This document shows, one piece after another, positions 38,747-48,486 of a stretch of 64,000 nt of DNA; the stretch's first letter is position 1; every line of letters starts with the position of its first letter. The notes below the pieces were generated by a model, which was given only the letters and a program-made list of their open reading frames with translations, ran no database searches and had not been told where the DNA came from. Both the position numbers and the translations under genes were made by a program. The stretch is from positions 1,224,008 to 1,288,007 of the forward strand of contig JBFWNU010000001.1 in assembly GCA_050250895.1 (NCBI GenBank). Direction: 5' to 3'. The DNA comes from Vulcanimicrobiota bacterium (GTDB lineage: Bacteria; Vulcanimicrobiota; Xenobia; Xenobiales; JADMJV01).

Positions 38747-39180
38747 AGCCTCTTCACGTCTGCTTTGTCTGGTTTCTTCCTGTCATCGATCGGGCTGGCC
38801 GGCGCGCCCCATTTCCAGCGCCTGGGTCTGCGCGCGCAAGACGGGCCGGTGGTATGCGTGGTCGCGAGGCCGGCCTGGACGGCCCGCGCCAACTGTTCCA
38901 AAGCTGGCTGCGCTCCAATGGTCGAGGCGAATTGGCCGGGCGTCTCGATCTTCTTGCCGAGGAGATCGAGCTTCCCGATCCGGCTCGCCAGGCTTTCGAG
39001 CAGAGGCGCTTCGAAGAGGCTATCACCTTGGCCCGGCAGGCCTCCGACCCCCAGCTCGAGGCCCAGGCTGAAGAAGCTTTCGCGGGCCAGGCGGCTCTGG
39101 CCCTGGCCGAAGACCACCGCAGCCTGGCGCTGTCGGTCTATCGCAGGTTGCTGGCCCTTTATCCCGAGCGAGCCTTTTAG
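38743..39180 (+). CDS. hypothetical protein with a TPR-like C-terminus (possibly degenerate)
   Basis: RFEEAITLA...ALSVYRRLLALYP; N-terminal half is atypical. Confidence 0.4.
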   Translation: MKPLHVCFVWFLPVIDRAGRRAPFPAPGSARARRAGGMRGREAGLDGPRQLFQSWLRSNGRGELAGRLDLLAEEIELPDPARQAFEQRRFEEAITLARQASDPQLEAQAEEAFAGQAALALAEDHRSLALSVYRRLLALYPERAF

Positions 39181-39189
39181 CAAGACAAG

Positions 39190-39498
39190 GTGAACGAGCT
39201 AGCTCAGAATTCCAAAGACTCGATTTTGGGCCGCTGGAAGATGGTCTCGAAGCTGGGCTGGCTTGAGTTCGCCGCCTTTCCCGACGGGCGGCTCGAGGGT
39301 AAGACCGGGAGCTTTATCCTGGCTGTGGTGCTCAAGGCCGAGGGCCACTGGGTTTTCACCGGCAGCAGGGAGCGGACGTTTCAACTACACTGGAAGGCCG
39401 GCAACCTGCACGACCTGACGGTCAACGAAGATCTCAAGACGCTCAAAGGCCAGGGTCTGACTGAAGGTCCGGTGAGCGGCACCAGGCTCGACGACTAG
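39190..39498 (+). CDS. hypothetical small beta-strand protein
   Basis: ILGRWK..GHW pattern, RBS-like AAGG. Confidence 0.5.
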   Translation: MNELAQNSKDSILGRWKMVSKLGWLEFAAFPDGRLEGKTGSFILAVVLKAEGHWVFTGSRERTFQLHWKAGNLHDLTVNEDLKTLKGQGLTEGPVSGTRLDD

Positions 39499-41498
39499 GG
39501 GATCGAACAGGGACCACCGTCGACCGCCGACCCGTGGATGAAGTTGAAGGTAACCGGCGGGTTCAGGTTGGGGAACCCCTCGATGATGATAGGGTCGGCG
39601 GCCAGGTTGTCGACTTCGATCGAGGAGAGGGTCGCGTTCTGGGCGATGCGCGCACACAGCGGACCAGCCCCCGACTGCTGAGAGATGAATAGCTTGCCGG
39701 CCAGCGTGTTGTTGATGATGCCGACATCGAAGCTGCCGGCCGCCAGTTGACTGACCTCGATATCACCGCTGGTGGCCTGGTTGGCGTCAAAGCGGACCCG
39801 AAGCACTCCGGTTCCGGTCGAACGCAGCATGGCGATCAATCCAGAAACGTTGGTGAGGGTGTTGTTGGCGATCACGGTGTCGAGTACGCCCTGGCTAAAC
39901 AGTGTGATTCCGCTGGCCACCTGGTTCAAGCGGTTGTTCTGCACTGTGACGGTGTTGAGAGTGGTCGAGTTTTCAGAGATGGAGATACCGGCCCCGGCCG
40001 TGTTGGAGATATCGTTGTTGGTGACGGTCGCGTCGATGACGCCCTGAGTTCCGTTAGAGATAACGATGCCTTCGATAGGGCTTGCGGTCAGGACGTTGCT
40101 GTCTACGGTGGCGGTCATGGTCGAGCCGGCGCCATTGGCGGCGCAGGTCACCTTGCCGGTGAAGGAGTTGTTCTTGACACTGGTAGTGAGGCTACTGCCC
40201 GCTTGAGAGAAGATGCCGAGGGCTGAATTGTCGGCGAAGATGCCGCAATTCTCGAGCGTTACCGTAGCCGTGAGAGCGGTCGTCTCGCCTAGCAGAAGTC
40301 CCGTGCTGCCGGAGGCGCTGCAAGTCACGTTCGAGTTGGTAAACCTCAGGCTGCCGGTGGGATTGAAGACGTTGACGGCCAGTCCCCCGCCAGTGGTGAA
40401 GTCGCAGGTGTCGACCACCACGTTGGCCACATTGCCCGGAAAGGCCGAGATGTTGAGCGTGACCGAGGAGGCGATCGTGTTCTCTACCAGCACGCCCTGA
40501 AGGGTGCTATCGCTTTGAATTTGAATGGAGTTGCGAATGATTGGCTGGGAACCCGCCGGAACGATGGTCACACCGTTGAGCTCCAGGCCGCTGCCCTCGC
40601 CGATGAGGCTGACGCCGGGTGGAATCAGGAAATCGGTCAGTCCGGCCGGGGTGGCCGTCACCAGGGGCAACGGTGAGGCGAAAGCGAACACGACATCGCC
40701 GGCGGTGGCCGCCGCCAGAGCGCCATCGAGGTCGGGGCGAGGATCCGTGAGAGTACCGGTGCCGGTGGAGGGGGCGTCGGCTTTGACGAACAGCCCGCGG
40801 CCTGGAACCGTAATGGTGACGGTGGCCGACGAGCTTCCGTTGCTGTTGGTGAGCGTGTAGGTGAAGGAGTCGGCCCCCACAAAGCCTATGGCGGGCTGGT
40901 AGACGAAGCTACCGTCGGGGGACAGGGCGAGCGTCCCCGAAGTGGGGCTCGTAGCTAGCGCAGCCACGCCGCTGGCGGCCGAGTCGTTGGTCAGCACGCC
41001 GAGCGCCGCCGGCACGCTGAGGTCAAGTCCCGAGAGTGCGATGTAGCTGTCGTCGTTGGCTACCGGGGAAACGGCCGCCAGGTTGGCAAAGACCGAGGTG
41101 ACCTGGCCGACGTTCACCTGGATTAATTGGCTGAAGGTCAGCGGACTGCTCGAGCCGTCAACGGCCTCCACTACGATTTGATAGGACCCTGGTAGCACGG
41201 ACAAGAGTCGCACCATGACTTCGGACTGATTGGGCTCAACTGGTTGTTCGACCGATTGAGTCGGGACTTCCAGGTTCTCGGGACGATAAAGGCTGATTCT
41301 GACCGAGGTCAGGCTGCGAAGGGTCACAGTCTGACGGGGCTGGTTGGCCGGCAGAAGGACTCGCACCACCAGGTTGGTGGTCGACCCGACGCTCGAGTCG
41401 CGAGCCTCCCCGCCAGGAGTCGCGCCGCCCCCGCCGCAGGCCGTCAGCCAGAGCACCAGGGCCACGGGAGTCAAAAGAAAACACAGGACTCTAGTCAT
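39495..41498 (-). CDS. lipoprotein with Ig/cadherin-like and right-handed beta-helix domains
   Basis: Lipobox LTAC; PVANDDSY..GVLTND..DGSFVYQP..GADSFTYT; repeated GI.I/NN.I helix rungs. Confidence 0.8.
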   Translation of the reverse strand: MTRVLCFLLTPVALVLWLTACGGGGATPGGEARDSSVGSTTNLVVRVLLPANQPRQTVTLRSLTSVRISLYRPENLEVPTQSVEQPVEPNQSEVMVRLLSVLPGSYQIVVEAVDGSSSPLTFSQLIQVNVGQVTSVFANLAAVSPVANDDSYIALSGLDLSVPAALGVLTNDSAASGVAALATSPTSGTLALSPDGSFVYQPAIGFVGADSFTYTLTNSNGSSSATVTITVPGRGLFVKADAPSTGTGTLTDPRPDLDGALAAATAGDVVFAFASPLPLVTATPAGLTDFLIPPGVSLIGEGSGLELNGVTIVPAGSQPIIRNSIQIQSDSTLQGVLVENTIASSVTLNISAFPGNVANVVVDTCDFTTGGGLAVNVFNPTGSLRFTNSNVTCSASGSTGLLLGETTALTATVTLENCGIFADNSALGIFSQAGSSLTTSVKNNSFTGKVTCAANGAGSTMTATVDSNVLTASPIEGIVISNGTQGVIDATVTNNDISNTAGAGISISENSTTLNTVTVQNNRLNQVASGITLFSQGVLDTVIANNTLTNVSGLIAMLRSTGTGVLRVRFDANQATSGDIEVSQLAAGSFDVGIINNTLAGKLFISQQSGAGPLCARIAQNATLSSIEVDNLAADPIIIEGFPNLNPPVTFNFIHGSAVDGGPCSIP

Positions 41499-41563
41499 AC
41501 TAGACAGGGTTTGTCGCGCTGACGTTCAGTCCTGGCAGCCGGGGTGAATTCGTCTTGGGCCGT

Positions 41564-42433
41564 CTATCCCCAGAGGGCCTCGCGCAGCAGTCGATAGCGG
41601 GGGGTCGACTGCAGGCTGGTTTGGCTGGCGGTGCGCAAAAGCGGCGCCAGGGTCAGGTGCTCGTGGCCATCGATGTGGCCTTCGGAAAGGCGCGAAAACA
41701 ACCCGGCGAATTCGTCGCGCCTGGCGAATTGGGGCCCGGCCGAGCCGTCGAAATAGAGGGTTCCGCCCTTTTGGGCAAACGAAGTGATCGCCTCGACGAC
41801 GTACTGATAGCCATCCACCACCTGCTGCAAGTTACGGCTCTGCGATAGGCCGTGCAGGTCGCGCTCGAGTTCTTCCAGCACATTCCAGAAGTGGAAAGCC
41901 TCGTCAAAGTTCAGGTGGCGCGACCTTACGCCAACATAGAAGCTGCGAAAGGCCTGCTCGCGCAGCGCGATGGGTGAGGCCGAGGTGGGAAAGCCGTCGA
42001 CCATCTGTTGCATTCTCTGGTGAACCTCTTTGGCGGTTTCGGCCGCCATGGCGTTGAGGTCCGACGCTTCACTCTGGCCGCAGGCTCGGGCCACCGTTTT
42101 GAGCAGCGTGCGCGTGTCGAAAGGCTTGTGGAGATAGTCATAGGCGAGTTTGGTCGCCTTTACCGGAGCGTCGGTGTTGGCGAAGCCCGTCATCACCACA
42201 CACTTGAGCCCCTCTTGCAGCCTTTGCAGTTCGGCTACCGTGTCCAGGCCGTCACGACCGGGCATTCTGACGTCGGTCAGAACCAGGTCGACATCGAAGG
42301 GGCGTTTCTGCATCCACTCGAGGGCCTCTTCGCCGCTGGCCACCCCGTGCACTTCGTAGCCGTTCTCCTCGAGAATCTCGAGCAGCATCTCTTGAAGCTG
42401 GAATTCATCCTCGATGATCAAGATTCGGGGCAT
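41564..42433 (-). CDS. response regulator with an uncharacterised output domain
   Basis: ILIIEDE, TDVRMPGRDG, MTG, YLHKPF. Confidence 0.88.
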   Translation of the reverse strand: MPRILIIEDEFQLQEMLLEILEENGYEVHGVASGEEALEWMQKRPFDVDLVLTDVRMPGRDGLDTVAELQRLQEGLKCVVMTGFANTDAPVKATKLAYDYLHKPFDTRTLLKTVARACGQSEASDLNAMAAETAKEVHQRMQQMVDGFPTSASPIALREQAFRSFYVGVRSRHLNFDEAFHFWNVLEELERDLHGLSQSRNLQQVVDGYQYVVEAITSFAQKGGTLYFDGSAGPQFARRDEFAGLFSRLSEGHIDGHEHLTLAPLLRTASQTSLQSTPRYRLLREALWG

Positions 42434-42478
42434 CAGGACGTCTTCGGTGGCCGAGGCGAGGCCTCCCGCCGGAGCCCG

Positions 42479-43753
42479 TTAGCGGCGTTCGGCGGGCATA
42501 AGGCGGGCGTAGGCCTCGAGCAGCTTCTGCCCCTCATGCTCCCAGTGGTAGGTCTCTGCGGCCAGGCGCCGGGCTCGAGCGCCCATCGCCTGGCGTCGCG
42601 CCGGATCGGCCAACTCGAGCAGGGCGCGGGCGATGTCGCCGGGCGAGTAGGGGTCAAACAATACACCCAGGTCATTCTCGGCCAAGAATTTTCGCATCTC
42701 CGGAATGTCGGACCCGGCCATGGGTAGGCCTGCCATCATGTACTCGAAGAGCTTGTTGGGGGTGGAGTAGTAGTGGTTGAGGCAGGTTGGCAGAAAAGGG
42801 ATCAGGCCGATATCGCCTTCGCTGGCGGCGGCCACGATATCGGCCGACGGGACGGCTTCGAGAAAGGTCACGCGCTCGGCCCCCGGCATGGCTCGCAGTG
42901 AGGCCTCTTCGTGGCCAAACCCGCGTAGGGCGATGGCCACCTGGTCCTGGTGGGCAGCCGAAGCGATCACTTGCTCGAGGCCACGGTCGGGAGCGTAGGC
43001 TCCCTGGTAGAGGGCCACCGGCTTGCCCAGCCGCGCGGCCAGGTGGCCGCGCCGGCCCGGGTCAGGGGTGACCAGCGTCTGGCAGTTGTGCAAGGCCAGG
43101 ACCGAGGATAGCGAGTAGCGTGATTCGAGTTCGTCGGCCAGCGGCTGGTTGATGGTCAAGACCCGGTCGACCTCGAGCAGCAGTTCGGCCTCCAGCAGGT
43201 TCCAATAGGCCACCGCTTCGATCGTGTTGATAAAGGGCTGTTCGCTCCACAGTTCGTGGGTGTCATAGATTAGCGGGCAGCCCAGAGCCCTTTTCACCAG
43301 CACTCCCGCTTCGAGAGCGTCGAGATCGTGGCTTTGCACGAGGTCGGGACGCCAGGCGGTGGCCTTGTCGGCCCATACCCGGTTGATGCGCTTGATGTAG
43401 TCGCGGTGTTCCTGGGCTTGAGGGGTCTCGTGACCGAGCTGGCGCTGGGGTGGCACACAAGGACGAACCGGCTCGCGGTCGGGCGGAAGGGTCAGCGCCC
43501 GGGCCGGCGCCGCCTCGGACGGACGGGGCTTTCTCAAGCGCGCTAGTTGATCGTCGAAAAAGCGCGTCATCGACGAGCGCTGGTCCTCCCGCACCAGTTC
43601 GTAGTGATCGCGCTGCTCGCGTTGGGGCAGGCCCGGTTCGAGAAAGCAATAGACCCTGACCTGATAGCCGGCCCGACCTAGCAGGGTGGCCTGACGATGG
43701 ACTCTCAGGTCGTTGCGTCCGTCGTTGAAGACGAACATGGCGACCTTAGCCAC
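42479..43753 (-). CDS. glycosyltransferase family 4
   Basis: DLRVHRQA, HDLD, YDTHE, RGLE, STPNKLFEYMMAGLP, YHWE. Confidence 0.92.
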   Translation of the reverse strand: MAKVAMFVFNDGRNDLRVHRQATLLGRAGYQVRVYCFLEPGLPQREQRDHYELVREDQRSSMTRFFDDQLARLRKPRPSEAAPARALTLPPDREPVRPCVPPQRQLGHETPQAQEHRDYIKRINRVWADKATAWRPDLVQSHDLDALEAGVLVKRALGCPLIYDTHELWSEQPFINTIEAVAYWNLLEAELLLEVDRVLTINQPLADELESRYSLSSVLALHNCQTLVTPDPGRRGHLAARLGKPVALYQGAYAPDRGLEQVIASAAHQDQVAIALRGFGHEEASLRAMPGAERVTFLEAVPSADIVAAASEGDIGLIPFLPTCLNHYYSTPNKLFEYMMAGLPMAGSDIPEMRKFLAENDLGVLFDPYSPGDIARALLELADPARRQAMGARARRLAAETYHWEHEGQKLLEAYARLMPAERR

Positions 43754-45716
43754 GCCGAAAGCCTTCGCCGTCAATGAACTCGCGCATCCAGTATTCGACG
43801 GCTAGAAAGCGCCACAGCTCCCATGAGCGGTCTTCTCCGGCCAGATGGCGGTCGAGAACCTTCAGACATTCGGCCGGATTGAGCAGGTTGCGTCCCGCGA
43901 AGCTCGGTGAAGAGAGGGTCTCGCGCACCCAGTCGGACAGCGGTCCCCGGAACCAGTGCGAGGCCGGGGTGGGATAGCCCATCTTGTCGCGGCGCTGCAT
44001 GACCGCGGGCGGCAGATAACCGTCCATGGCTCGGCGCAACAACACCTTGGTGTGAGGCGGCGCGATTTTGTGTTCGAAGGGCTGCATAAAGCAAAACTCG
44101 ACCAGGCGGTGGTCGAGGAAAGGCACCCGGGCCTCGAGCGAGAAGGCCATCGAGTTACGGTCTTCGTAGCGCAGCAAAGCGGGAATCGAGTGCTGAGTCA
44201 GGTCATTGTAGAGTTTCTGGTTGAGCACCTCGCTGTAGGTCACCTCGGGACTGCTGCGGCGCTGGTCGAAGCGACGCGCGGCCGCGGCCAGTTCGGCGTG
44301 GACCGTCTTGGGAGGCTTGACCACACCCGGGCGCTCTTTGTTGAACAGTTTCAGGATGCGGGGCCGACGGGCCCGGCGCAGGGCCCGACTGGCCACCTCC
44401 TCGTGAGGGCGGCCGGTGAGCGCCTCGATGGCCTCGACCTCGACCCACAGCTTGCTCTCGCCCTCGCGGCCCAGCTTGTTGGCCAGGGTGGTCAAGTAGT
44501 CGTTGAAATAGTGATGATAGCCAGCCAGCAGTTCATCGCCGCCCTGGCCGTCAAGCAGGACCGTGACCTGTCCGTGGGCCGCCTCCATGACCTTCCACTG
44601 TGAGTAGAGGCCAGGGCCGGCGGTCGGCTCGTCTTGATGCCAGCACAGCCGGGCGAAGATCTCCGGCAGTTCGGCCGCGGTGGGCTCGACCGTAGTCGCC
44701 ACCGTCGAGCAACCGGCCACAACCCGGTCGATAAAGGGCTTTTCGTTGCAATCTGCCTGCGGATAGACGCTCGAGAAGGTGCGCATCGGCTCATCGATCA
44801 GCTGGCTGGCCAGACACACGATTGAACTCGAGTCGAGCCCTCCCGAAAGACAGGTTCCCACCGGCACGTCCGAGCGAAGACGCAGGCGAACCGCGTCCGC
44901 CAGCAGGTTGCGAAAGGCCTCGGCGGCTTCGTCCAGCCGTGGGGTCGACTCGAGATAGTCAGCCGGGGCAGTTTCAAAGCGAGGTGACAGCGGCACGGGG
45001 TTTTCGACCCATTGGCGGACCCGCAAAGCTGCCAGGTCGGGGTCGATGAGGTCCTCGAGACGCCAGTAGCGGTCCATCCGCAGCGAGCTGTCGGTGACCA
45101 CCAGACGATGGGCGGCCGGCAGCACCTGCACCCGTTCGAAGAACGTTTCGGGTTCGTCATCCAGCAGGCCTTCCCCCAGAAAGCGAATGAAGGTGCGCGG
45201 ATTGAGTCCGCGCGAGTCGGGGTCGACCAGAAGCGCCTTGGGTTCAGAGGCAAAGGCGAAGAGCTGTTGGTGATCGCTAAAGTAGAATGGCTTGATGCCG
45301 AGGCGATCGCGGGCGCAGAAGAGACGTCGGCGAGTCGGGTCCCAGATGGCGAAGCTGAACATGCCGTTGAAACGCAGCACGCAATCTTCGTTCCACTCGC
45401 GATAGGCCTTGAGCAACACTTCGCTGTCGGTGTCGGAAAGGAAGCGGTGGCCCCGGCTCTCGAGTTCGGCCCGCAACTCTTTGTAGTTATAGATTTCGCC
45501 GTTATAGACCAGCAAATTGCCGTCGTTCATCGGCTGGCGGCCGCGCTCGGAAAGGTCGATAATCGAGAGGCGCCGGTGGGCCAGGCCGACCGGGCCTTCC
45601 ACCCAGACATCCCAGTCATCGGGCCCGCGATGGGCCAGCAAGGTGGCCATGCGTTTGACCGCCTCGAGCGAGACGGCCCGGCCGCCCCGATGGAACTGTC
45701 CGGCGATTCCGCACAT
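43746..45716 (-). CDS. asparagine synthase-like glutamine amidotransferase
   Basis: MCGIAG, HRGPD, NGEIYN, LSGGLDSS, DGQGGDE, RYEDRNSMAFSLEARVPFLD. Confidence 0.95.
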   Translation of the reverse strand: MCGIAGQFHRGGRAVSLEAVKRMATLLAHRGPDDWDVWVEGPVGLAHRRLSIIDLSERGRQPMNDGNLLVYNGEIYNYKELRAELESRGHRFLSDTDSEVLLKAYREWNEDCVLRFNGMFSFAIWDPTRRRLFCARDRLGIKPFYFSDHQQLFAFASEPKALLVDPDSRGLNPRTFIRFLGEGLLDDEPETFFERVQVLPAAHRLVVTDSSLRMDRYWRLEDLIDPDLAALRVRQWVENPVPLSPRFETAPADYLESTPRLDEAAEAFRNLLADAVRLRLRSDVPVGTCLSGGLDSSSIVCLASQLIDEPMRTFSSVYPQADCNEKPFIDRVVAGCSTVATTVEPTAAELPEIFARLCWHQDEPTAGPGLYSQWKVMEAAHGQVTVLLDGQGGDELLAGYHHYFNDYLTTLANKLGREGESKLWVEVEAIEALTGRPHEEVASRALRRARRPRILKLFNKERPGVVKPPKTVHAELAAAARRFDQRRSSPEVTYSEVLNQKLYNDLTQHSIPALLRYEDRNSMAFSLEARVPFLDHRLVEFCFMQPFEHKIAPPHTKVLLRRAMDGYLPPAVMQRRDKMGYPTPASHWFRGPLSDWVRETLSSPSFAGRNLLNPAECLKVLDRHLAGEDRSWELWRFLAVEYWMREFIDGEGFRRG

Positions 45717-45717
45717 G

Positions 45718-47703
45718 TCAGGCCAGGGCCGGCTTGGCCGCTCCCTCGCCGGGCACCAGCACCGAGACCGAGCCGATTTCGACCGATTTCAACTGCCCGT
45801 TCTTCGATTCCGAGACGACCAGCTTGGCGGCATCGCCCAGGGGCAGCGGTAGAACTTGCTCCATATAGATCTGATACCAGATCTGAAAGCAGAGCAGGCT
45901 GAGGACCTTGTTGGCCAGGTTCTGTTCGCCCGCCTTGAAGCGGGTCAAGAGCGAGTCGACCTCGATGGCCGAAAACAGACCGTGGGCTTCGAGGCGGGCC
46001 GGAGCCAGCGCTTCGCGGGCATAATCGAAGAGCCACGAGTTGAGCCACTGATTGACCGGCATCACGAAGCCTTCCTTGGGTCGGTCGATGGCGCTGGCCG
46101 GCAGGTGCTTGCGGGCCGCGCGCTTGAGCACCGACTTCACCTCGGTGCCGTGTATCTTGTATTTGCCGGGTACCCGGGCCGCGAACTCCATCACGGCGGT
46201 ATCCAGAAATCCGGTCCGGATTTCCAGGGAATGAGCCATGGAGAGCCGATCCACAAAGGCCAGCACCTGATCCGGCAACTGGGTCTCGAACTCGGCCTCG
46301 AGGATGCGGTTGGTGGGATCGCCCGCGGTCAGGTTGGCAAAGGTGCGCTTGAGATGATTGAGGGTCGAGTAGCCGTGCATCTCGTCGATCACCGCTCGCG
46401 AATAGAGGCGGGACTTGTCCTCGTCGTTGAAGACCAGCAGCTTGTAGCGCCACAACCAGTCGTGAGGAGCGGCCAACCGCTCGAGAAAATCGGGCTGGTC
46501 GGCGAAGTGCCCCAGGTCGGTAGGCTCGGTGCCGGCCTGGTGGGCTTGCCAGTAATCGGCCAGCGGTTTGGCCAGTCGGTGCGAGAGGTAGGAGCCGAAC
46601 AGCTCGTCGGCGCCGTCGCCCGAGAGGGCCACCTTGACGTGCTTGGAGATGAGGCGCGACAGAAAATAGGTCGAGATCACGCCCGAGAAAGGCTCGTCAA
46701 AGTGCGATAGCACAGCCGGCAACTCTTCTTTGAAGTGGGAGAAATCCATCAGCTCTTCGTGGTGGTCGGTGTCGTAGCGCTGGGCAATCTCACGGGCACA
46801 CTTGAGGTCGAGCTCTTTACCAGGGGTGCTCGAATCGGCCGTATACTTCAGGGTAAAGGTCTTGATCTGGTTGGGGCTGGCTTCGGCCGCCAGGGCGGTG
46901 GACAGGCTCGAGTCGACTCCGCCCGAGAGGAAGAAGCCGATGGGCACGTCCGAAACCAGGCGGCGCTTGACCCCGGCCGCCAGTCGCTCGAGCAGTTCGT
47001 CGGCCAGTTCTTGCTCGCTGGGATCGCCCTCGAAGGGCGTCCAGTCGAGTTTCCAATAGCGGTTGTGGGCGGTCACCTGGCCGTCTTTCCAGAGCAAGCG
47101 GTGGGCCGGTTGCAGCATCGAGATGCCCTGGAAGATGGTCAGAGGAGCGGGCACGTTCTTGTAGGACAGATAGTAGTGCAGGGCCTCGAGATTCAGGCGA
47201 CGCGGTAGCCCAGGGATCTGCAGAAGAGCTTTGATCTCGCTGGCGAACCACAAGCACCCCTCCCGCTGAGTATAATAGAGGGGCTTCTTGCCCGAACGGT
47301 CGCGCACCAACATGCCTGTCTGGTTGGTTTCATCCCACAGGCAGACGGCGAACATACCTTCCAGTTGCTTGGGAAAGTCGAATCCGTGCACCTGGTAGAG
47401 GTGCGGCAGCACCTCGGTGTCCGAACGGGTGGCGAAGACGTGACCTCCCTTTTCCAGCGCGTCGCGCCGTTCTTGAAAGTTGTAGATTTCGCCGTTTTGG
47501 GCGGCCCAGATGCGTCCGTTGTCGCAGGACAGGGGTTGGCGGCCGTGATCCAGGTCGATGATGGAAAGGCGACGCGCTCCCAGAGTGTAGCCATCGCCGT
47601 GGACTACGTGCTGGTCATCGGGTCCCCGATGGGCCATGACCCGGAGCATCCGAGAGACAATCTCTGGTGCGCTTGTTCCGAAGACTCCCGCGATACCGCA
47701 CAT
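45718..47703 (-). CDS. asparagine synthase-like glutamine amidotransferase
   Basis: MCGIAG, HRGPD, NGEIYN, LSGGVDSS, SGDGADE, DRLSMAHSLE, KEGF. Confidence 0.95.
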   Translation of the reverse strand: MCGIAGVFGTSAPEIVSRMLRVMAHRGPDDQHVVHGDGYTLGARRLSIIDLDHGRQPLSCDNGRIWAAQNGEIYNFQERRDALEKGGHVFATRSDTEVLPHLYQVHGFDFPKQLEGMFAVCLWDETNQTGMLVRDRSGKKPLYYTQREGCLWFASEIKALLQIPGLPRRLNLEALHYYLSYKNVPAPLTIFQGISMLQPAHRLLWKDGQVTAHNRYWKLDWTPFEGDPSEQELADELLERLAAGVKRRLVSDVPIGFFLSGGVDSSLSTALAAEASPNQIKTFTLKYTADSSTPGKELDLKCAREIAQRYDTDHHEELMDFSHFKEELPAVLSHFDEPFSGVISTYFLSRLISKHVKVALSGDGADELFGSYLSHRLAKPLADYWQAHQAGTEPTDLGHFADQPDFLERLAAPHDWLWRYKLLVFNDEDKSRLYSRAVIDEMHGYSTLNHLKRTFANLTAGDPTNRILEAEFETQLPDQVLAFVDRLSMAHSLEIRTGFLDTAVMEFAARVPGKYKIHGTEVKSVLKRAARKHLPASAIDRPKEGFVMPVNQWLNSWLFDYAREALAPARLEAHGLFSAIEVDSLLTRFKAGEQNLANKVLSLLCFQIWYQIYMEQVLPLPLGDAAKLVVSESKNGQLKSVEIGSVSVLVPGEGAAKPALA

Positions 47704-47784
47704 AAGTGAACACCAATCCTCGCGCCAGTATCCCCTCCCCTGCGCGTGAATTCCTTTTCACCGCAAAGGAATGTTATTAAACTA

Positions 47785-47814
47785 CAGGACCCCGGGGGAG
47801 GGTCCGGGGTCCTG
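47785..47814 (-). terminator. strong GC hairpin (terminator or sRNA 3' end)
   Basis: 11 bp perfect stem CAGGACCCCGG/CCGGGGTCCTG, followed on the minus strand by TAGTTT. Confidence 0.55.
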
Positions 47815-47876
47815 GGAGGCCAGAGGCCTCAAGTCGCGTTATGGTGGCTGTCGTCGCAGCCCCTTTGTTAATCTCA

Positions 47877-47903
47877 TTATCGGCCACTAGTGTCGCGAGT
47901 TCA
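47877..47903 (-). promoter_or_regulatory. sigma-28 (FliA)-like promoter
   Basis: Minus strand TGAA-N15-GCCGATAA versus consensus TAAA-N15-GCCGATAA. Confidence 0.65.
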
Positions 47904-47966
47904 GCCGTCTTCGGGATGGACTCGGGGCATCCAAACGGCCTTCACTCCGGCAGTTGGCGATCGCGA

Positions 47967-48485
47967 TTAAGAACTGGGTTTGAAGGCGGCCATGCGGTAG
48001 ACGCCGCGGAATTGGCCTTCGAGAAAGAACTCGTCTTTGAGCAGGCCCTCTTCGCGAAAGCCCGCCTTTTCGAAGGCTTTCTTGGCCCGCGGGTTGAGGT
48101 CGATGACGTAGAGATAGACCTTGTGCAGGCCGAGGCGGCCGAAGGCGAAGTCGAGCAAGAGTTGGCAGGCCTCGGTGCCGTAGCCTCTTCCCTGAGCAGC
48201 TTCAGGCCCGAGCAAGATGCGCAGTTCGGCGTGGCGATGAATCCAGTGGATGCCCCAGAGCCAGACGTTGCCGATATAGGCTTTGCTCTCGTTGAGCTCG
48301 ATCGAAAAGGCAACGGCGTCGTGGCGCGAGATCATCGATTCGTACCAGCGGTCGTGTTCGGGCGGGCTGACCGGCAGGGCGCGTCCCAGCAGGGTCGAGT
48401 TGGCCGGATCGTTGACCCAGGCCAGATACTGCTGGCTGTCTTTGGGGGTGAAGGGCCTGAGGGTAACCTGTTTTCCGACGTACAT
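47967..48485 (-). CDS. GNAT acetyltransferase, RimJ/RimL/SpeG-like
   Basis: LRPF, QGRGYGTEA, LGLHKVYL.V...NPRA..AFEKAGF..EG. Confidence 0.9.
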   Translation of the reverse strand: MYVGKQVTLRPFTPKDSQQYLAWVNDPANSTLLGRALPVSPPEHDRWYESMISRHDAVAFSIELNESKAYIGNVWLWGIHWIHRHAELRILLGPEAAQGRGYGTEACQLLLDFAFGRLGLHKVYLYVIDLNPRAKKAFEKAGFREEGLLKDEFFLEGQFRGVYRMAAFKPSS

Positions 48486-48486
48486 G

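Noticed and set aside
47890-47966. Stem-rich segment as a tRNA
   Set aside because: No cloverleaf, T-loop GTTC or CCA end
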